A stretch of 64,000 bases of DNA from assembly GCA_963555825.3 (NCBI GenBank), contig CAUVXB020000002.1, positions 2,624,001 to 2,688,000 of the forward strand, written 5' to 3'. The notes under the pieces were generated by a model. It saw only the letters and a list, made by a program, of their open reading frames with translations. It made no database searches and had not been told where the DNA came from. Made by a program: the position numbers and the translations under genes. The DNA is from Alphaproteobacteria bacterium. GTDB taxonomy: Bacteria > Pseudomonadota > Alphaproteobacteria > JAAXGF01. Shown piece by piece: positions 40,349 to 52,192 of this stretch. Every line of letters starts with the position of its first letter. The first letter of the stretch is position 1.

Positions 40349-41076
40349 GCGAAGGCGGGACGCAGGCGGCGTGGCGCGCGACCGTGCTCACGCTGTTTCC
40401 CGAGATGTTTCCGGGGCCGCTCGCCCATTCGCTTGCCGGGCGCGCCATGGAGAACGGCATTTGGCTACTGGAAACAGTGGACATTCGCGCATTTGCGCGC
40501 GATAAACACGCCGCCGTCGACGACGCACCGTTCGGCGGCGGTCCGGGCATGGTGATGCGACCCGACGTGCTTGCCGCGGCGCTCGATACGAGCCACCCGG
40601 CGGACGAGCCCGGGGCGCGCATTCTGCTCACGCCGCGCGGCCGGCCGCTCGATCAGGGCCGGGTGTGCGAACTGGCGGCGACGCCGCGCGTGACGCTGAT
40701 TTGCGGACGCTATGAAGGCGTCGACGAGAGGGTCATCGCGGCACGCGGCGTCGAGGAGGTAAGCCTCGGTGACTTCGTGTTGTCGGGCGGCGAACCGGCG
40801 GCGTTGGCGTTGATCGACGCCTGTGTGCGGTTGCTGCCGGGTGTCGTCGGCGACGCCCAGGTGTTGGAGGAGGAGAGCTTCGTGCGCGGCCTCCTCGAGT
40901 ATCCGCAGTACACCCGGCCGGCGGTATGGGAAGACCGGGCCGTCCCGGAGGTGCTGTTGTCGGGCCATCACGAGCGCATCGGCGCGTGGCGGCGCGACCA
41001 GGCTGAACGCGCGACGCGCGAACGCCGTCCCGATTTGTGGGCGCGTTACGCATCGGCGCGCAAGGAAAGTAAGTAG
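40345..41076 (+). CDS. trmD: tRNA (guanine37-N1)-methyltransferase
   Basis: [43 protein letters not shown]. Confidence 0.97.
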   Translation: MSEGGTQAAWRATVLTLFPEMFPGPLAHSLAGRAMENGIWLLETVDIRAFARDKHAAVDDAPFGGGPGMVMRPDVLAAALDTSHPADEPGARILLTPRGRPLDQGRVCELAATPRVTLICGRYEGVDERVIAARGVEEVSLGDFVLSGGEPAALALIDACVRLLPGVVGDAQVLEEESFVRGLLEYPQYTRPAVWEDRAVPEVLLSGHHERIGAWRRDQAERATRERRPDLWARYASARKESK

Positions 41077-41091
41077 GAAAGGGCGAGAGCC

Positions 41092-41616
41092 ATGAACATC
41101 GTCGAACAGTTCGAGCAAGCTCAGGTCGAGAAACTGGCCGCGGCACGGCCGATCCCCGAATTTTCGCCGGGCGACACGGTGCGCGTGAAGGTCAAGGTGG
41201 TCGAGGGCGCGCGCGAGCGCATCCAGGCCTTCGAGGGCGTCTGCATCGCGCGCCGCAACCGCGGCATCAACTCGTCGTTCACCGTGCGCAAGATCTCCTA
41301 CGGCGAGGGCGTCGAACGCGTCTTTCCGCTGTATTCGCCGCGCATCGACGACATCGAGGTGGTGCGCCGCGGCGACGTCCGCCGGGCCAAGCTCTACTAC
41401 CTGCGCGGCCTGCGCGGCAAGCGCGCGCGCATCGCCGAGAAGACGACCGGCCATTCGGGCAAGGTGACCAGCCAGGAAAAGGCGGTCCAGCGCGAGAAGT
41501 CGGCCGCGGTGAAGGCCGCCGGCAAGGCCGCCGCCGCCGAGGCCAAGGCCGCCAAGGCGAAGGTCAAGGCGGACGCCAAGTCCAAGGCCCAGGCCAAGGC
41601 TGGGAAGTCCAACTGA
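41092..41616 (+). CDS. rplS: 50S ribosomal protein L19 with Ala/Lys-rich extension
   Basis: [37 protein letters not shown]. Confidence 0.97.
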   Translation: MNIVEQFEQAQVEKLAAARPIPEFSPGDTVRVKVKVVEGARERIQAFEGVCIARRNRGINSSFTVRKISYGEGVERVFPLYSPRIDDIEVVRRGDVRRAKLYYLRGLRGKRARIAEKTTGHSGKVTSQEKAVQREKSAAVKAAGKAAAAEAKAAKAKVKADAKSKAQAKAGKSN

Positions 41617-41740
41617 TCCTTGGTCTATGTGGCCGACGGGTCGTGACGCGGCGCGGGCGGCGTTGATCGCCGCCCGGCGCGCTCTACCCTAACGGTCGAC
41701 GCCCGATTGCCGCGGTCGCCCGCGCGCGGAGGAGATGCCC

Positions 41741-43147
41741 ATGTCGATGCCCCGCACCCTGTTCGACAAGATCTGGGAAAGCCACGTCGCCGACGAACGG
41801 GACGACGGCACCTCGCTGCTCTACATCGACCGCCACCTGGTGCACGAGGTGACCAGCCCGCAGGCCTTCGAGGGCCTGCGCGATGCCGGGCGGGTGGTGC
41901 GCCGGCCCGACGCGACGCTCGCCGTCGCCGATCACAACGTCCCGACGACCGACCGCAGCCAGGGCATCGCCGAGGCTGGATCGCGCCTCCAGGTCGAGAC
42001 GCTCGAGGCCAACTGCGCCGAGTTCGGCGTCGAGTTTTTCGGCATGGACGACGTGCGCCAGGGCATCGTCCACATCATCGGGCCCGAGCAGGGCCTGACC
42101 CAGCCGGGCACGACCATCGTCTGCGGCGACAGCCACACCGCGACCCACGGCGCCTTCGGCGCGCTCGCCTTCGGCATCGGGACCTCCGAGGTCGAGCACG
42201 TGCTGGCGACCCAGACGCTGATCCAGCGGCGCGCCAAGAACATGCGCATCTCGGTCGAGGGCGCGCTGCCCTTCGGCGTCACCGCCAAGGACGTCATCCT
42301 CGCGGTGATCGGCCAGATCGGCACCGCGGGCGGCACCGGCCACGTCATCGAATACGCCGGCCCGGCGATCGAGGCGCTGTCGATGGAAGGCCGCATGACG
42401 GTGTGCAACATGACGATCGAGGCGGGCGCGCGCGCCGGCCTGATCGCGCCCGACGACACCACCTTCGCGTACCTCAAGGGCCGGCCCCGGGCGCCCCAGG
42501 GCGCCGATTGGGACGCCGCGGTCGCCCAGTGGCGCGGCCTCGTTACGGACCCGGGCGCAACCTACGACACCGAGATCGTGCTCGACGCCAGCCAGATCGC
42601 GCCGCAGGTGACCTGGGGCACCAGCCCCCAGGACGTGCTGCCGATCACCGGCGCCGTGCCCGACCCGGCCACGGCCGGTGACGAGGCGACGCGCCAGTCG
42701 ATGGTGCGTTCGCTCGAATACATGGGGCTCGAGGCCGGCACGCCCTTGGCCCAGATCGCCATCGACCGCGTCTTCATCGGCTCGTGCACCAACGGCCGCA
42801 TCGAGGACCTGCGCGCGGTCGCTGAAATCGCCAAGGGCCGCAAGGTGGCCGCCACGGTCGACGCCATGGTCGTGCCCGGCTCGGGCCTGGTCAAACGCCA
42901 GGCCGAAGCCGAGGGTATCGACAAGGTGCTGGTCGAGGCCGGCTTCGATTGGCGCGAACCGGGCTGCTCGATGTGCCTGGCGATGAACGCCGACAAGCTG
43001 GCGCCGGGCGAGCGCTGCGCCTCGACCTCGAACCGCAACTTCGAGGGCCGCCAAGGCCCCGGCGGGCGGACCCATCTGATGAGCCCGGTGATGGCCGCGG
43101 CGGCGGCGATCGCCGGCCGTCTGGCCGACGTGCGCAAACTGGATTAG
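41741..43147 (+). CDS. leuC: 3-isopropylmalate dehydratase large subunit
   Basis: [44 protein letters not shown]. Confidence 0.97.
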   Translation: MSMPRTLFDKIWESHVADERDDGTSLLYIDRHLVHEVTSPQAFEGLRDAGRVVRRPDATLAVADHNVPTTDRSQGIAEAGSRLQVETLEANCAEFGVEFFGMDDVRQGIVHIIGPEQGLTQPGTTIVCGDSHTATHGAFGALAFGIGTSEVEHVLATQTLIQRRAKNMRISVEGALPFGVTAKDVILAVIGQIGTAGGTGHVIEYAGPAIEALSMEGRMTVCNMTIEAGARAGLIAPDDTTFAYLKGRPRAPQGADWDAAVAQWRGLVTDPGATYDTEIVLDASQIAPQVTWGTSPQDVLPITGAVPDPATAGDEATRQSMVRSLEYMGLEAGTPLAQIAIDRVFIGSCTNGRIEDLRAVAEIAKGRKVAATVDAMVVPGSGLVKRQAEAEGIDKVLVEAGFDWREPGCSMCLAMNADKLAPGERCASTSNRNFEGRQGPGGRTHLMSPVMAAAAAIAGRLADVRKLD

Positions 43148-43162
43148 GGCTAGGGGGCGACG

Positions 43163-43774
43163 ATGGAAAAGTTCACCACGGTTACCGGCGTCGCCGCGCC
43201 CATGCCGGCGGTCAACATCGACACCGACAAGATCATACCGGCGCGTTTCCTCAAGACGATCAAGCGCACCGGCCTCGGCGCGTCGCTGTTCAACGACCAG
43301 CGCTACCAGGCGGACGGCAGCGAGAAGCCCGGGTTTGTGCTTAACCAGGCGCCCTATCGCGACCCCAAGGTGCTCGTCGTCGGCGACAACTTCGGCTGCG
43401 GCTCGAGCCGCGAGCACGCGCCCTGGGCGCTGATCGACCACGGAATCCGTGTGGTGATCGGCACCTCCTTCGCCGACATCTTCTTCAACAATTCGTTCAA
43501 GAACGGCCTCTTGCTGATCACGCTGTCGCAAGACCAAATCGATACGCTGATGGCCGACGCCGAGCGCGGCGCCAACGCCATCTTCACCGTCGACCTCGAG
43601 GCCCAGGAGATCACCCGGCCCGACGGCGAGAAAATGTCGTTCGACGTCGACCCGTTCCGCAAGCACTGCCTGTTGAACGCGCTCGACGACATCGGCCTGA
43701 CGCTCGCCAAGACCGCCGCCATCGACGCCTTCGAGACCCGCCAGCGCGCCGAGAAGCCCTGGCTCTACGCTTAG
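43163..43774 (+). CDS. leuD: 3-isopropylmalate dehydratase small subunit
   Basis: [24 protein letters not shown]. Confidence 0.97.
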   Translation: MEKFTTVTGVAAPMPAVNIDTDKIIPARFLKTIKRTGLGASLFNDQRYQADGSEKPGFVLNQAPYRDPKVLVVGDNFGCGSSREHAPWALIDHGIRVVIGTSFADIFFNNSFKNGLLLITLSQDQIDTLMADAERGANAIFTVDLEAQEITRPDGEKMSFDVDPFRKHCLLNALDDIGLTLAKTAAIDAFETRQRAEKPWLYA

Positions 43775-43814
43775 AGCGCGGCAGGGCCGCCGTCAGCGAG
43801 CAAGCACCCTGTCG

Positions 43815-45146
43815 TTACCGTTTGAGCGCGGCGATTTGGGCATCAAACCAGGTAATATCGTTTGCCAATGTGGCATTGTCGGGTGAGGCGCTCGCCAAGG
43901 CGGCGATGATTTCATGCCCCCTGATAAATCCTTCCAACGCGCCATCGCGATCGTCCTGCTGTAGCTTCACAGCCGCGATGCGGCCGTGACCGAGCGCCAA
44001 GTCGCGCTGCCAGACGGCATTGTCGGGATCGGCCTCGGCGAGGCGCTGGGCAATGGCCATGGCGGCCCGGTAGCTCGCCAGGGCCTCTGAAAGATCGCCC
44101 TGGGCTCGAAGCACGTCGCCGATCTTGTTATGCGAGACCGAGAGGTCGCGCTGCCAGCCGGCATTGTCGGGATCGGCCTCGGCGAGACGCTGGGCGATGG
44201 CCATGGCGGCCCGGTAGCTCGCCAGGGCCTCTGAAAGATTGCCCTGGGCTAGAAGCACGTCGCCGATCCTGTTATGCGAGACCGAGAGGTCGCGCTGCGA
44301 GCCGGCATTGTCGGGATCGGCCTCGGCGAGGCGCTCGGCAATGGCCATGGCGGCCCGGTAGCTCGCCACGGCCTCTGCAAGAGTGCCCTGGTCTCGAAGC
44401 ACATCGCCGATGCCGATTCGCGCCCAAAGAATGTGGCGGTCGGTCGCGTCCCGGTTTGCCGCCGCGAGCACCTGCTGGAATGCCGCATGCGCAACGACAA
44501 GCTGGCCGGCATTCAGTTGCAGCCAGCCATGCGAAAGCTGGCTCTCTGGGTCCGTCGGATCGAGCTCGACGGCTTGAGCGTAGGCGAACCGGGCCTGCAT
44601 GGGGTCGGCCAGACCGGCGATGGCGCCGAGGTGGCGCCAGGCGGCGGCGGCCTCCCGCCGATCCTTGTCGACGAGACGGGTCTTCTCTTCGGCGACCGCT
44701 CGGAACAGCGGTCGCGCCTGCTCTGGATCACCCTTCTGCAGCAGCTCGAGGGCCCGCGCCATTCGCTCGTCGCCGGCTTCCGCGTCTTCGGCAGCGGCCT
44801 CGACCGCTTCGGCAATCTGCTCAGCTTGGTGCGGTATCGGCGAGCCGGTTGACGCGGACGCCGCCGCGAGCTCCTCGACAAGGGCTGTCAAGCCTTGCAG
44901 CCGCGAGTCGATGCCGTCGAGTTTGCGTCCGCGCGCGACACCACGCCGTCGGTCTTGCTCGGCGGCTTGCGCGGCGCGTTTCTCCTCGCGGCGTCTGCGC
45001 CAGCGGCCCCAAACCAGATTGTAGGCCAGTCCAAGCGCTGCCGCCGCGCCACCGATCGTTGCCACGACGGCGGCGGCCTTCAAGATTTGTTCCCAGGTCG
45101 TGCCGCTGGTAATCAAATCCAGCACGACCGAAACCCAATCAGGCAT
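43815..45146 (-). CDS. Membrane-anchored TPR protein with near-identical 48-aa repeats
   Basis: N-terminal TM segment, then ([15 protein letters not shown]...[24 protein letters not shown]) about 3 times, with a 144-nt period at 44017/44161/44305. Confidence 0.85.
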   Translation of the reverse strand: MPDWVSVVLDLITSGTTWEQILKAAAVVATIGGAAAALGLAYNLVWGRWRRRREEKRAAQAAEQDRRRGVARGRKLDGIDSRLQGLTALVEELAAASASTGSPIPHQAEQIAEAVEAAAEDAEAGDERMARALELLQKGDPEQARPLFRAVAEEKTRLVDKDRREAAAAWRHLGAIAGLADPMQARFAYAQAVELDPTDPESQLSHGWLQLNAGQLVVAHAAFQQVLAAANRDATDRHILWARIGIGDVLRDQGTLAEAVASYRAAMAIAERLAEADPDNAGSQRDLSVSHNRIGDVLLAQGNLSEALASYRAAMAIAQRLAEADPDNAGWQRDLSVSHNKIGDVLRAQGDLSEALASYRAAMAIAQRLAEADPDNAVWQRDLALGHGRIAAVKLQQDDRDGALEGFIRGHEIIAALASASPDNATLANDITWFDAQIAALKR

Positions 45147-45261
45147 CGAGAGTCCCTCGCCAAGCCGCACTTGCGCAGGCCACTGTATACTCGCGCGGGT
45201 TGAGGCGTGTCTACGCTTGGCCCGGGCGGCGAACCGTCGCGGCCAGACATCGCGCAGCATA

Positions 45262-45279
45262 CCCTGGCTCTACGCGTAA
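45262..45279 (+). repeat. Duplicated leuD 3' end (att-like direct repeat)
   Basis: CCCTGGCTCTACGC is identical to 43757-43770. Both copies read PWLYA-stop. Confidence 0.75.
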
Positions 45280-45355
45280 GGACGCCTCGACTGAGGCCTT
45301 GCGTTCGGGCGCGTTCCGGGGATACTTGCGCGCCTGCGTTCCGGAGGACGGCGAC

Positions 45356-46468
45356 ATGGCGGCGAACCGCAAGCTTCTGATACTGCCCGGCGACGGCATC
45401 GGGCCCGAGGTGATGGCCGAGGTGCGCCGCATCATCGACTGGATGGCTGCGCGCCGCGGCGTCGGCTTCGACGTCGACGAGGCCCTGGTCGGCGGCGCTG
45501 CCTACGAGGCGACCGGCAACCCGTTTCCCGACGAAACCCTGGCCGCGGCTCTGGCGAGCGACGCGGTGCTGTTCGGCGCCGTCGGCGGCCCCCAGTGGGA
45601 TGGCCTCGACTTCGCGCTGCGTCCCGAGCGCGGCCTGTTGGGCTTGCGCAAGGAGCTCGAGCTGTTCGCCAATCTGCGACCCGCCGTCGTCTTCGAGGCG
45701 CTGGCCGACGCTTCGTCGTTGAAACGCGAGCTGGTCGCCGGCCTCGACATCATGATCGTGCGCGAACTCACTGGCGGCATCTACTTCGGCGAGCCGCGCG
45801 GCATCGAGCAGCTTGCCGACGGCAGCCGTCGCGGCGTCAACACCGAGGTCTACACGACCGGGGAAATCCGTCGAGTCGCACGGGTTGCCTTCGAGCTGGC
45901 GCGCAAGCGCCGCGGCCTGGTGCACTCGGTCGAGAAGTCCAACGTGCTGGAGAGCAGCCAGCTGTGGCGCGACGAAGTGACGCGGCTGCACGACGACGAA
46001 TACGCCGACGTCGAGCTGCGCCACATGCTCGCCGACACCGCGGCGATGCAGCTGGTGCGCGAGCCCAAGCAGTTCGACGTCATGGTCACCACCAACCTGT
46101 TCGGCGACTTGCTTTCGGACTGCGCGGCGATGCTCACCGGCTCGCTCGGCATGCTGCCGTCGGCCTCGCTCGGCGCGCCCGATCCGGCGGGCTTCATCCG
46201 CGGCCTCTACGAGCCGGTGCACGGCTCGGCGCCCGACATCACTGGCCAGGGGCTGGCCAACCCGCTGGCCGAGGTGCAGAGCTTCTCGATGCTGCTGCGC
46301 TATTCGTTCGACATGACCGATGAGGCCGAACTGATCGACGCGGCGGTTTCCGCGGTGCTTGCAAACGGTAAGCGCACCGCCGATATCATGCAGCCGGGCA
46401 TGGAGAAGGTGTCGACCACGGGCATGGGCGACGCTATCCTGGCCGAACTCGACAAACGCGCGGCTTGA
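45356..46468 (+). CDS. leuB: 3-isopropylmalate dehydrogenase
   Basis: [46 protein letters not shown]. Confidence 0.97.
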   Translation: MAANRKLLILPGDGIGPEVMAEVRRIIDWMAARRGVGFDVDEALVGGAAYEATGNPFPDETLAAALASDAVLFGAVGGPQWDGLDFALRPERGLLGLRKELELFANLRPAVVFEALADASSLKRELVAGLDIMIVRELTGGIYFGEPRGIEQLADGSRRGVNTEVYTTGEIRRVARVAFELARKRRGLVHSVEKSNVLESSQLWRDEVTRLHDDEYADVELRHMLADTAAMQLVREPKQFDVMVTTNLFGDLLSDCAAMLTGSLGMLPSASLGAPDPAGFIRGLYEPVHGSAPDITGQGLANPLAEVQSFSMLLRYSFDMTDEAELIDAAVSAVLANGKRTADIMQPGMEKVSTTGMGDAILAELDKRAA

Positions 46469-46504
46469 AGCGCGCGCCGCGGTATCGGGCCGAGGAGAAG
46501 ATCG

Positions 46505-47542
46505 ATGGGCTACAAGGTTGCCGTGGTCGGCGCCACGGGCGCGGTCGGGCGCGAGATGCTTAGCATCCTTGCGCAACGCGAATTCCCGGCCGACGAGGTC
46601 GTCGCGCTGGCGTCGCGCAATTCGGTCGGCAAGGAGGTCTCGTTCGGCGAGGACGATATCCTCAAGGTCGGCGACCTGGCGGACTACGACTTCACCGGCA
46701 CCGACATCGCCTTGTTCTCGCCGGGTGGCAGCGTCTCGGACGTGCACGCGCCGCGGGCGGCCGAGGCCGGCTGCGTCGTCATCGACAACACCTCGCGCTT
46801 CCGCATGGAGCCCGACGTGCCGCTGGTGGTGCCCGAGGTCAACGCCGCCGCCATCGCCGGCTACACCAAGCGCAACATCATCGCCAACCCGAACTGCTCG
46901 ACGATCCAGATGGTCGTCGCGCTCAAGCCGTTGCACGACCTGGCGATCGTCGAGCGCGTCGTCGTGGCGACCTATCAGGCGGTCTCGGGTGCCGGCACGG
47001 CGGCGATGGACGAACTCTATGGCCAGACCAAGCTCGCCTATACCAGCGAGCAGAAGGATCCCGAGAACTTCCCCAAGCGCATCGCCTTCAACGTCATCCC
47101 GCAGATCCAAGACATGCTGCCCGACGGCTCGTCGAAGGAAGAGTGGAAGATGGTGCAGGAGACCAAGAAGATCCTCGATCCGGAGATCGAGGTCATGGCG
47201 ACTTGCGTGCGCGTGCCGGTCTTCGTCGGCCACGCCGAGGCGGTGCATATCGAGTTCGAACGGCCGATCCGCGAGGACGAGGCGCGCGAGGTGCTGCGCA
47301 ATGCGCCCGGCGTCGTCGTCGTCGACCAGCGCGCCGACGGCGGCTACGTCACGCCGATCGACTGTGCCGGCGAGGACGCGGTGTTCGTCAGCCGAATCCG
47401 CAAGGACCCGACCGTGCTCAACGGTCTGGCGCTCTGGGTGGTCTCGGACAACCTGCGCAAGGGCGCCGCGCTCAACGCCATCCAGATCGCCGAGCTGCTC
47501 GACACCGAATACCTCGGCGCCGTCGAACGCGTCGCGAGTTAG
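46505..47542 (+). CDS. asd: Aspartate-semialdehyde dehydrogenase
   Basis: VVGATGAVG, ANPNCSTIQ, SDNLRKGAALN. Confidence 0.97.
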   Translation: MGYKVAVVGATGAVGREMLSILAQREFPADEVVALASRNSVGKEVSFGEDDILKVGDLADYDFTGTDIALFSPGGSVSDVHAPRAAEAGCVVIDNTSRFRMEPDVPLVVPEVNAAAIAGYTKRNIIANPNCSTIQMVVALKPLHDLAIVERVVVATYQAVSGAGTAAMDELYGQTKLAYTSEQKDPENFPKRIAFNVIPQIQDMLPDGSSKEEWKMVQETKKILDPEIEVMATCVRVPVFVGHAEAVHIEFERPIREDEAREVLRNAPGVVVVDQRADGGYVTPIDCAGEDAVFVSRIRKDPTVLNGLALWVVSDNLRKGAALNAIQIAELLDTEYLGAVERVAS

Positions 47543-47641
47543 TTATTGGTGCGGTCAGCTTTGCTGACCTGCGCTCAATCGCCGCGCTTGCTCTCACCGA
47601 ACGGTCGGCGGCCTGCGGTCGCAGGCTAAGCGTCGTCGGCG

Positions 47642-48487
47642 CTACCCCAAAGACTCCGCTTCGAAGACCTCGGACGGGGCGGCGAGCGTATCGAGCGACT
47701 CGATGAGCGCGAGGTCGAGGCCGCCCTTCTCGGCGGTCGCCTGAAGTACCGCGTAAACACCCGAAACCGCGCTTGAGAGGGCGTCGGGCGGCGCCGCGCC
47801 GGCCAACGTATGGGCGAGGAACAGCGCGGCGAGCACGTCGCCCGCGCCATGGGCCGGCGCGTCGATGCGCGGCGTCGTCACGGTCCAGGTTCCGCCGGCG
47901 GTGGCCAGCAGGTTGGCGATCTCGCCCGCGCCGCCGGGGATCGAGGTGCAGACGACGATCGCCGGGCCCGCGTCGCGCAGCCCCTCGGCGGCGTCGCGCG
48001 CGGCCCCCAGCGTCTCGATCCCGTGGTGCGCGAACTGCGACAGCTCGAAGGCATTGGGCGTGACGATGTCGGCCAAGGGCAGCAACTGCTCGCCGATCTC
48101 GACCATGACGTCCATGCCGATGAAGAAGCCCGGGCCGGCGCGCCCGACCGCCGGGTCGCAGAGATAGACGAGATCGGCGTTGGCGGCGCGCGCGCGGCGC
48201 ACCGCGTCGGCGACGACGGCGGCCATGCCGGGGCGGGCCAGATAGCCCGACAGCACGCCATCGAGGCGACCCAGCGCGCCGACATCGGCGAGCCCCTCGA
48301 CGATCGCCGCGGCGCCCGCCGGCTCGGCGCCGCCGCCCGTGGCACTGGGGTGCGCCGTGTGGTTCGACAGCATCGCGGTGGCGACCGGCCAGGCGTCGAT
48401 GCCGAGCCGCTGCAAGACGGGCACGGCGGCGGCGTTGCCGACATAGCCGTAGGCGACCGAAGACTGGATCGTAAGAACGCTTGTCAC
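47642..48487 (-). CDS. pdxY: Pyridoxal kinase
   Basis: IQSSVAYGYVGN, LSNHT, LSGYL, YLCDPA, TPNAFEL, HGAGD. Confidence 0.9.
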   Translation of the reverse strand: MTSVLTIQSSVAYGYVGNAAAVPVLQRLGIDAWPVATAMLSNHTAHPSATGGGAEPAGAAAIVEGLADVGALGRLDGVLSGYLARPGMAAVVADAVRRARAANADLVYLCDPAVGRAGPGFFIGMDVMVEIGEQLLPLADIVTPNAFELSQFAHHGIETLGAARDAAEGLRDAGPAIVVCTSIPGGAGEIANLLATAGGTWTVTTPRIDAPAHGAGDVLAALFLAHTLAGAAPPDALSSAVSGVYAVLQATAEKGGLDLALIESLDTLAAPSEVFEAESLG

Positions 48488-48770
48488 GCGCAGGACCTCC
48501 CCACGCGGCAGCTTAGCGCAGGATGGATTGGTGCGCGAATGCGCAGCCGTCGACGCGCATCGCTTGCGGACCCTAACGGTCGCGGCTCGACACAACCTGA
48601 TCTGTGCAATAACGTGCTCGTCAACATGACCCAAAAATATCGACGAAAAATCGGTCGGGACGGAGCTCCGGTGAAGAGCGCTCGCAAACATCGGAGACAA
48701 CAGGCATCTGTTCGGCGCTCGGTCGAACATGGAGGGAACAATGACAATCAGGATTTTCGGCGGACTGATC

Positions 48771-50424
48771 GGGTGTGGGTCTGGTATGGAAAATCTAAGT
48801 CATTGATTTAGTGCGTTTTTTGTGTCGAGACGAACGGCCGAAATCGGCTATTCGTGACAATGGGCCGCTCCAAGGCAGGATTTTGTTACGACGGCAGGGT
48901 CGAGCAGGGGAAGGTGGGAACGCTCCGCACCGCCAGAAGCGGTACGATGCCGTGTCTCGAAACCCAACATCGGGAGCATTCCCATGGCAGTATCCCCGCC
49001 TCCGGCGCCTTCGTCCATCGATCTTTCCGGCCTGCCTCCTCGGGTCGTCGAGGCGGCCGCCCGGGTGCTCGCACTGTGTCGCGAGGAGCTTCGTTCCGAG
49101 CCGCGCCCCGAGGCGCCCGAGGAGGTCGAGTTGCGGGTGCGTGAGGCCACGAACGAGTTCGCTCGCGATGTCATGGGCGCCGTCATCGAGAACCGGGACG
49201 ATGGCGCTTCCCGGATCGAGCGGGACGGGCAGAGCTGGTTCCGGGTCGCGGTGACGCCGAAGACGATCATGACCTCGCTCGGTCCGGTGACCTACCGGCG
49301 AGCGCGTTACCGCAGCGGCGCGAGCGGGGCATCGCCGGTGCCGGTCGACGAGAGCCTGGGCCTCGTCGACGATTACCTGACGCGGCCGGCGGCCGAGCTC
49401 GGTCTGCTGATGATGGGTCACTGCACGGCCCGGGAAGCGGCGGCGTTCTTTGCGAAGACCGGCGCCATGACGCCGTCGGTGAGCACCCTGCAGCGCCTGA
49501 CCCTGAGCATGCACGAATGCTGGGAGAGCCTCGGCCCGGAGACGCTGGGCAGCATCCGTGAGGCCGAGGGCATACCGCAGGACGCGACCACCGCCTCGGT
49601 CTCCCTCGACGGCGTCATGGTGCCGCTGAGACCCGGCGAGGACGGTCGCGCCAAGGCCTCCTGGCGCGAGGCTGCCTGCGGCACGGTCTCCTTCCACGAC
49701 GCCGAGGGCAAGCGCCTGAAGACCCTCTATCTCGGCCGCATGCCGGAGAGCGGCAAGCTCACGCTGAAGGCGCAGCTTGCAAGCGAAGTCGCACACATCA
49801 GGCGAGCACGCCCCGAGATCGGGATCGTCGCTATCGCCGATGGCGCCGCCGACAACTGGACCTTCCTGGAGACCCTGTCGCCCGAAACCGAGGTGATCGA
49901 CTTCTGGCATGCTTGCGAACATCTGCAAACCGCGTCCGACCATGCCGTGGCGCCCGGCTGGTTCGAGAAGTACCGCGAGATCCTCCGTCACGATCCCCGT
50001 GGCGTCGCCAAGGTGATCCGGGCGCTGCGCCACCTTCGCGATGCCGCCGCTGCGCCGGACCGGGCCGAGACCGAGCGGGAACTCGCCTTCTTCCGCAAGC
50101 ATCGCCATCGCATGCGCTACCACGCCCTGAAGGAAGAGGGCATCGCCATCGGCTCAGGCGTGGTCGAAGCTGCCAACAAGACCCTGGTGACACAGCGCAT
50201 GAAGCGCTCCGGCATGCGCTGGCGGATCGTCGGCGGACAGGCTGTTCTGACCTTCCGCGCCCTGATCAAATCCGGCCGCTTCGAGCGGGCATGGAAGGCC
50301 CTGATCAGCGCAACCGACACACCGGCCAACGACAACATCAGTCCACGTGCAGCAGCCATGGCAATCGCTGCCTGAACTCAACGAACCAAGCCGCAGACAT
50401 CACTGCCATGCGAGACTCGCACCC
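48771..50424 (+). mobile_element. ISKra4-family element
   Basis: IRs GGGTGTGGGTCTGGTATGG / CCATGCGAGACTCGCACCC. 8-bp duplication GACTGATC. Confidence 0.9.
48984..50375 (+). CDS. ISKra4-family transposase
   Basis: SLDGVMV, IADGAADNW, IDFWHACEHL, IGSGVVEAANK. Confidence 0.88.
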   Translation: MAVSPPPAPSSIDLSGLPPRVVEAAARVLALCREELRSEPRPEAPEEVELRVREATNEFARDVMGAVIENRDDGASRIERDGQSWFRVAVTPKTIMTSLGPVTYRRARYRSGASGASPVPVDESLGLVDDYLTRPAAELGLLMMGHCTAREAAAFFAKTGAMTPSVSTLQRLTLSMHECWESLGPETLGSIREAEGIPQDATTASVSLDGVMVPLRPGEDGRAKASWREAACGTVSFHDAEGKRLKTLYLGRMPESGKLTLKAQLASEVAHIRRARPEIGIVAIADGAADNWTFLETLSPETEVIDFWHACEHLQTASDHAVAPGWFEKYREILRHDPRGVAKVIRALRHLRDAAAAPDRAETERELAFFRKHRHRMRYHALKEEGIAIGSGVVEAANKTLVTQRMKRSGMRWRIVGGQAVLTFRALIKSGRFERAWKALISATDTPANDNISPRAAAMAIAA

Positions 50425-52192
50425 GACTGATCGGCACTATTGCATCAATCGTCTGGGCCGCGACGTTGGCGCATGCCGAGATCAAGATAGGCATTGCAGG
50501 GCCTTTGTCCGGCAGCACTTTCAACGTTGGCGAACAGCAGGAAATCGGCGCTCTAAGGGCCATTGCCCACCTGAATGACAACGGTGGCTTGCTTGGTCAG
50601 GAGGTCGTGGCCACGTCAGTGGACGATGCATGCGAGCCAGAACAAGCAAAAGCGGCAGCACGGCAATTGGTCAGCGAGGGAGTGGTTTTCGTCGGTGGAC
50701 ATGTCTGTTCCGGCGCTTCCATGGCTGCCAGTGGAATCTATGAAAAGGCCAGGATCATAATGATTTCACCTTCTTCGACCAATCCCAAGGTCACCGATGA
50801 AGGCGGTCGCAATGTATTTCGCGTTATAGGTCGTGATGACCAGCAAGGTGTTATCGCCGGCGACTTTCTGGCTGACAACTATGCCAACAACAAAGTCGCA
50901 ATCATACACGACGGCCAAGCCTATGGCTTGGGTTTGGCGGAGTTTACAAAAAACCAGCTAAACAAGCGTGGTGTGACCGAGGTCATATTCGATAGCTATA
51001 CACCGGAACAAATGGACTACAAATCAGTTGTCGACAAACTGTCTCTGCAAAAGTTGATGTTCTCTATGCTGGTGGATACCAAGCCGATATTGGACTAATT
51101 CTACGACAAGCCAAAAAGAAAATCCCCAATCTTCAGCTGTTATCTGGCGACTCATTGGCGAACGGCGAGTTTCTTACTATGGCGGGCGACGCGGGTAAGG
51201 GAACATATTTTACGTTTGGTCCGGATTTTCGCCGAGCGCCAGAAGCCGCGACTGTCGTTGCCGCGATCCGCAACGAAGATGACTACGAACCAGATGGTAT
51301 TACCTTGTATAGCTATGGCGCTCTGCAGGCCTGGGCGCAGGCTGTTCAACAAGCGGGGTCCTTGCAACCGGATGCGGTGATCAATGCCTTGAAATCTGGC
51401 AGCTTTGATACCGTTCTGGGTAAGATTGGGTTTGATGAAAAGGGCGACGTGACGGGTAACAGCGCCTTCGTCTGGTACGAATTCGGCGAGGAAGAATATG
51501 TACTGGTCGAGTGATTCCAGCGGGTTGGTTCGAGACCCATCGCGTTTCAGCAAAACATCCTGACCTGTCGGGGCGACCGCTGCAGACATTGATGCGAAAT
51601 GGATAAACCAAGCAGATTTGCGTCAGTGGGCGTTCGGGGGCGACTGCTGCTTGCGTTTCTGGCGATTTGTATGTTCTCACTGGTTGCGGCAGCTTCGGGC
51701 TTTTATTCGCTCTCACAAGTCGGCGGCGCGCTCAAAAGGATCACCGAGCAACGCGTGCCCGACGCCCTGTCCTGGCTGGAACTGTCGCGGCGTGTAGAAC
51801 GCGTCGTGCGCGCGGCGCCTGCTTTGCTCGTGGTGAACTCCGAGAGTGCACGCGTCGAGGTGTCGAACGAAATAACCTCTCAAGCCGAACAGCTTAATCC
51901 GCTTTTGCAGCGCAGCACAAATTATAAGACCGATGAGGAGGAGGCGGCAGCGGTGCAAGCCGCGACATTGGTCGCCGATTTGAACGAAAACCTCGTGAGT
52001 TTGGATGAACTTGTCAAGCAACGACTATCCATTGTCGCTCATAGGGACAAGCTCGTTCGCCAGCTTGGCAAAGCCAATAAGGTCGTTCAACGAACCCTGT
52101 CACCCGGGGCCCGAATCATGGGCGCCCAGATCGCGGATTGGAACAGGAGCGGGAAAGAGGCAAATTCGAGCCAACCGTCCACCGGGCTGTTA

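Larger units (their letters stand above)
48741..51514 (+). pseudogene. LivJ/LivK-like periplasmic binding protein, split by ISKra4 and frameshifted
   Basis: Removing the IS and one TSD gives MTIRIFGGLIGTIASIVWAATLAHAEIKIGIAGPLSG. Also DDACEP, FRVIGRDDQQG. One-base frameshift near 51041 (VDKL/VSAKVDVLYAGG). Confidence 0.88.

Noticed and set aside
51035-51050. Programmed frameshift in the LivJ-like gene
   Set aside because: No slippery heptamer at the junction. One missing base (decay or sequencing error) explains it.
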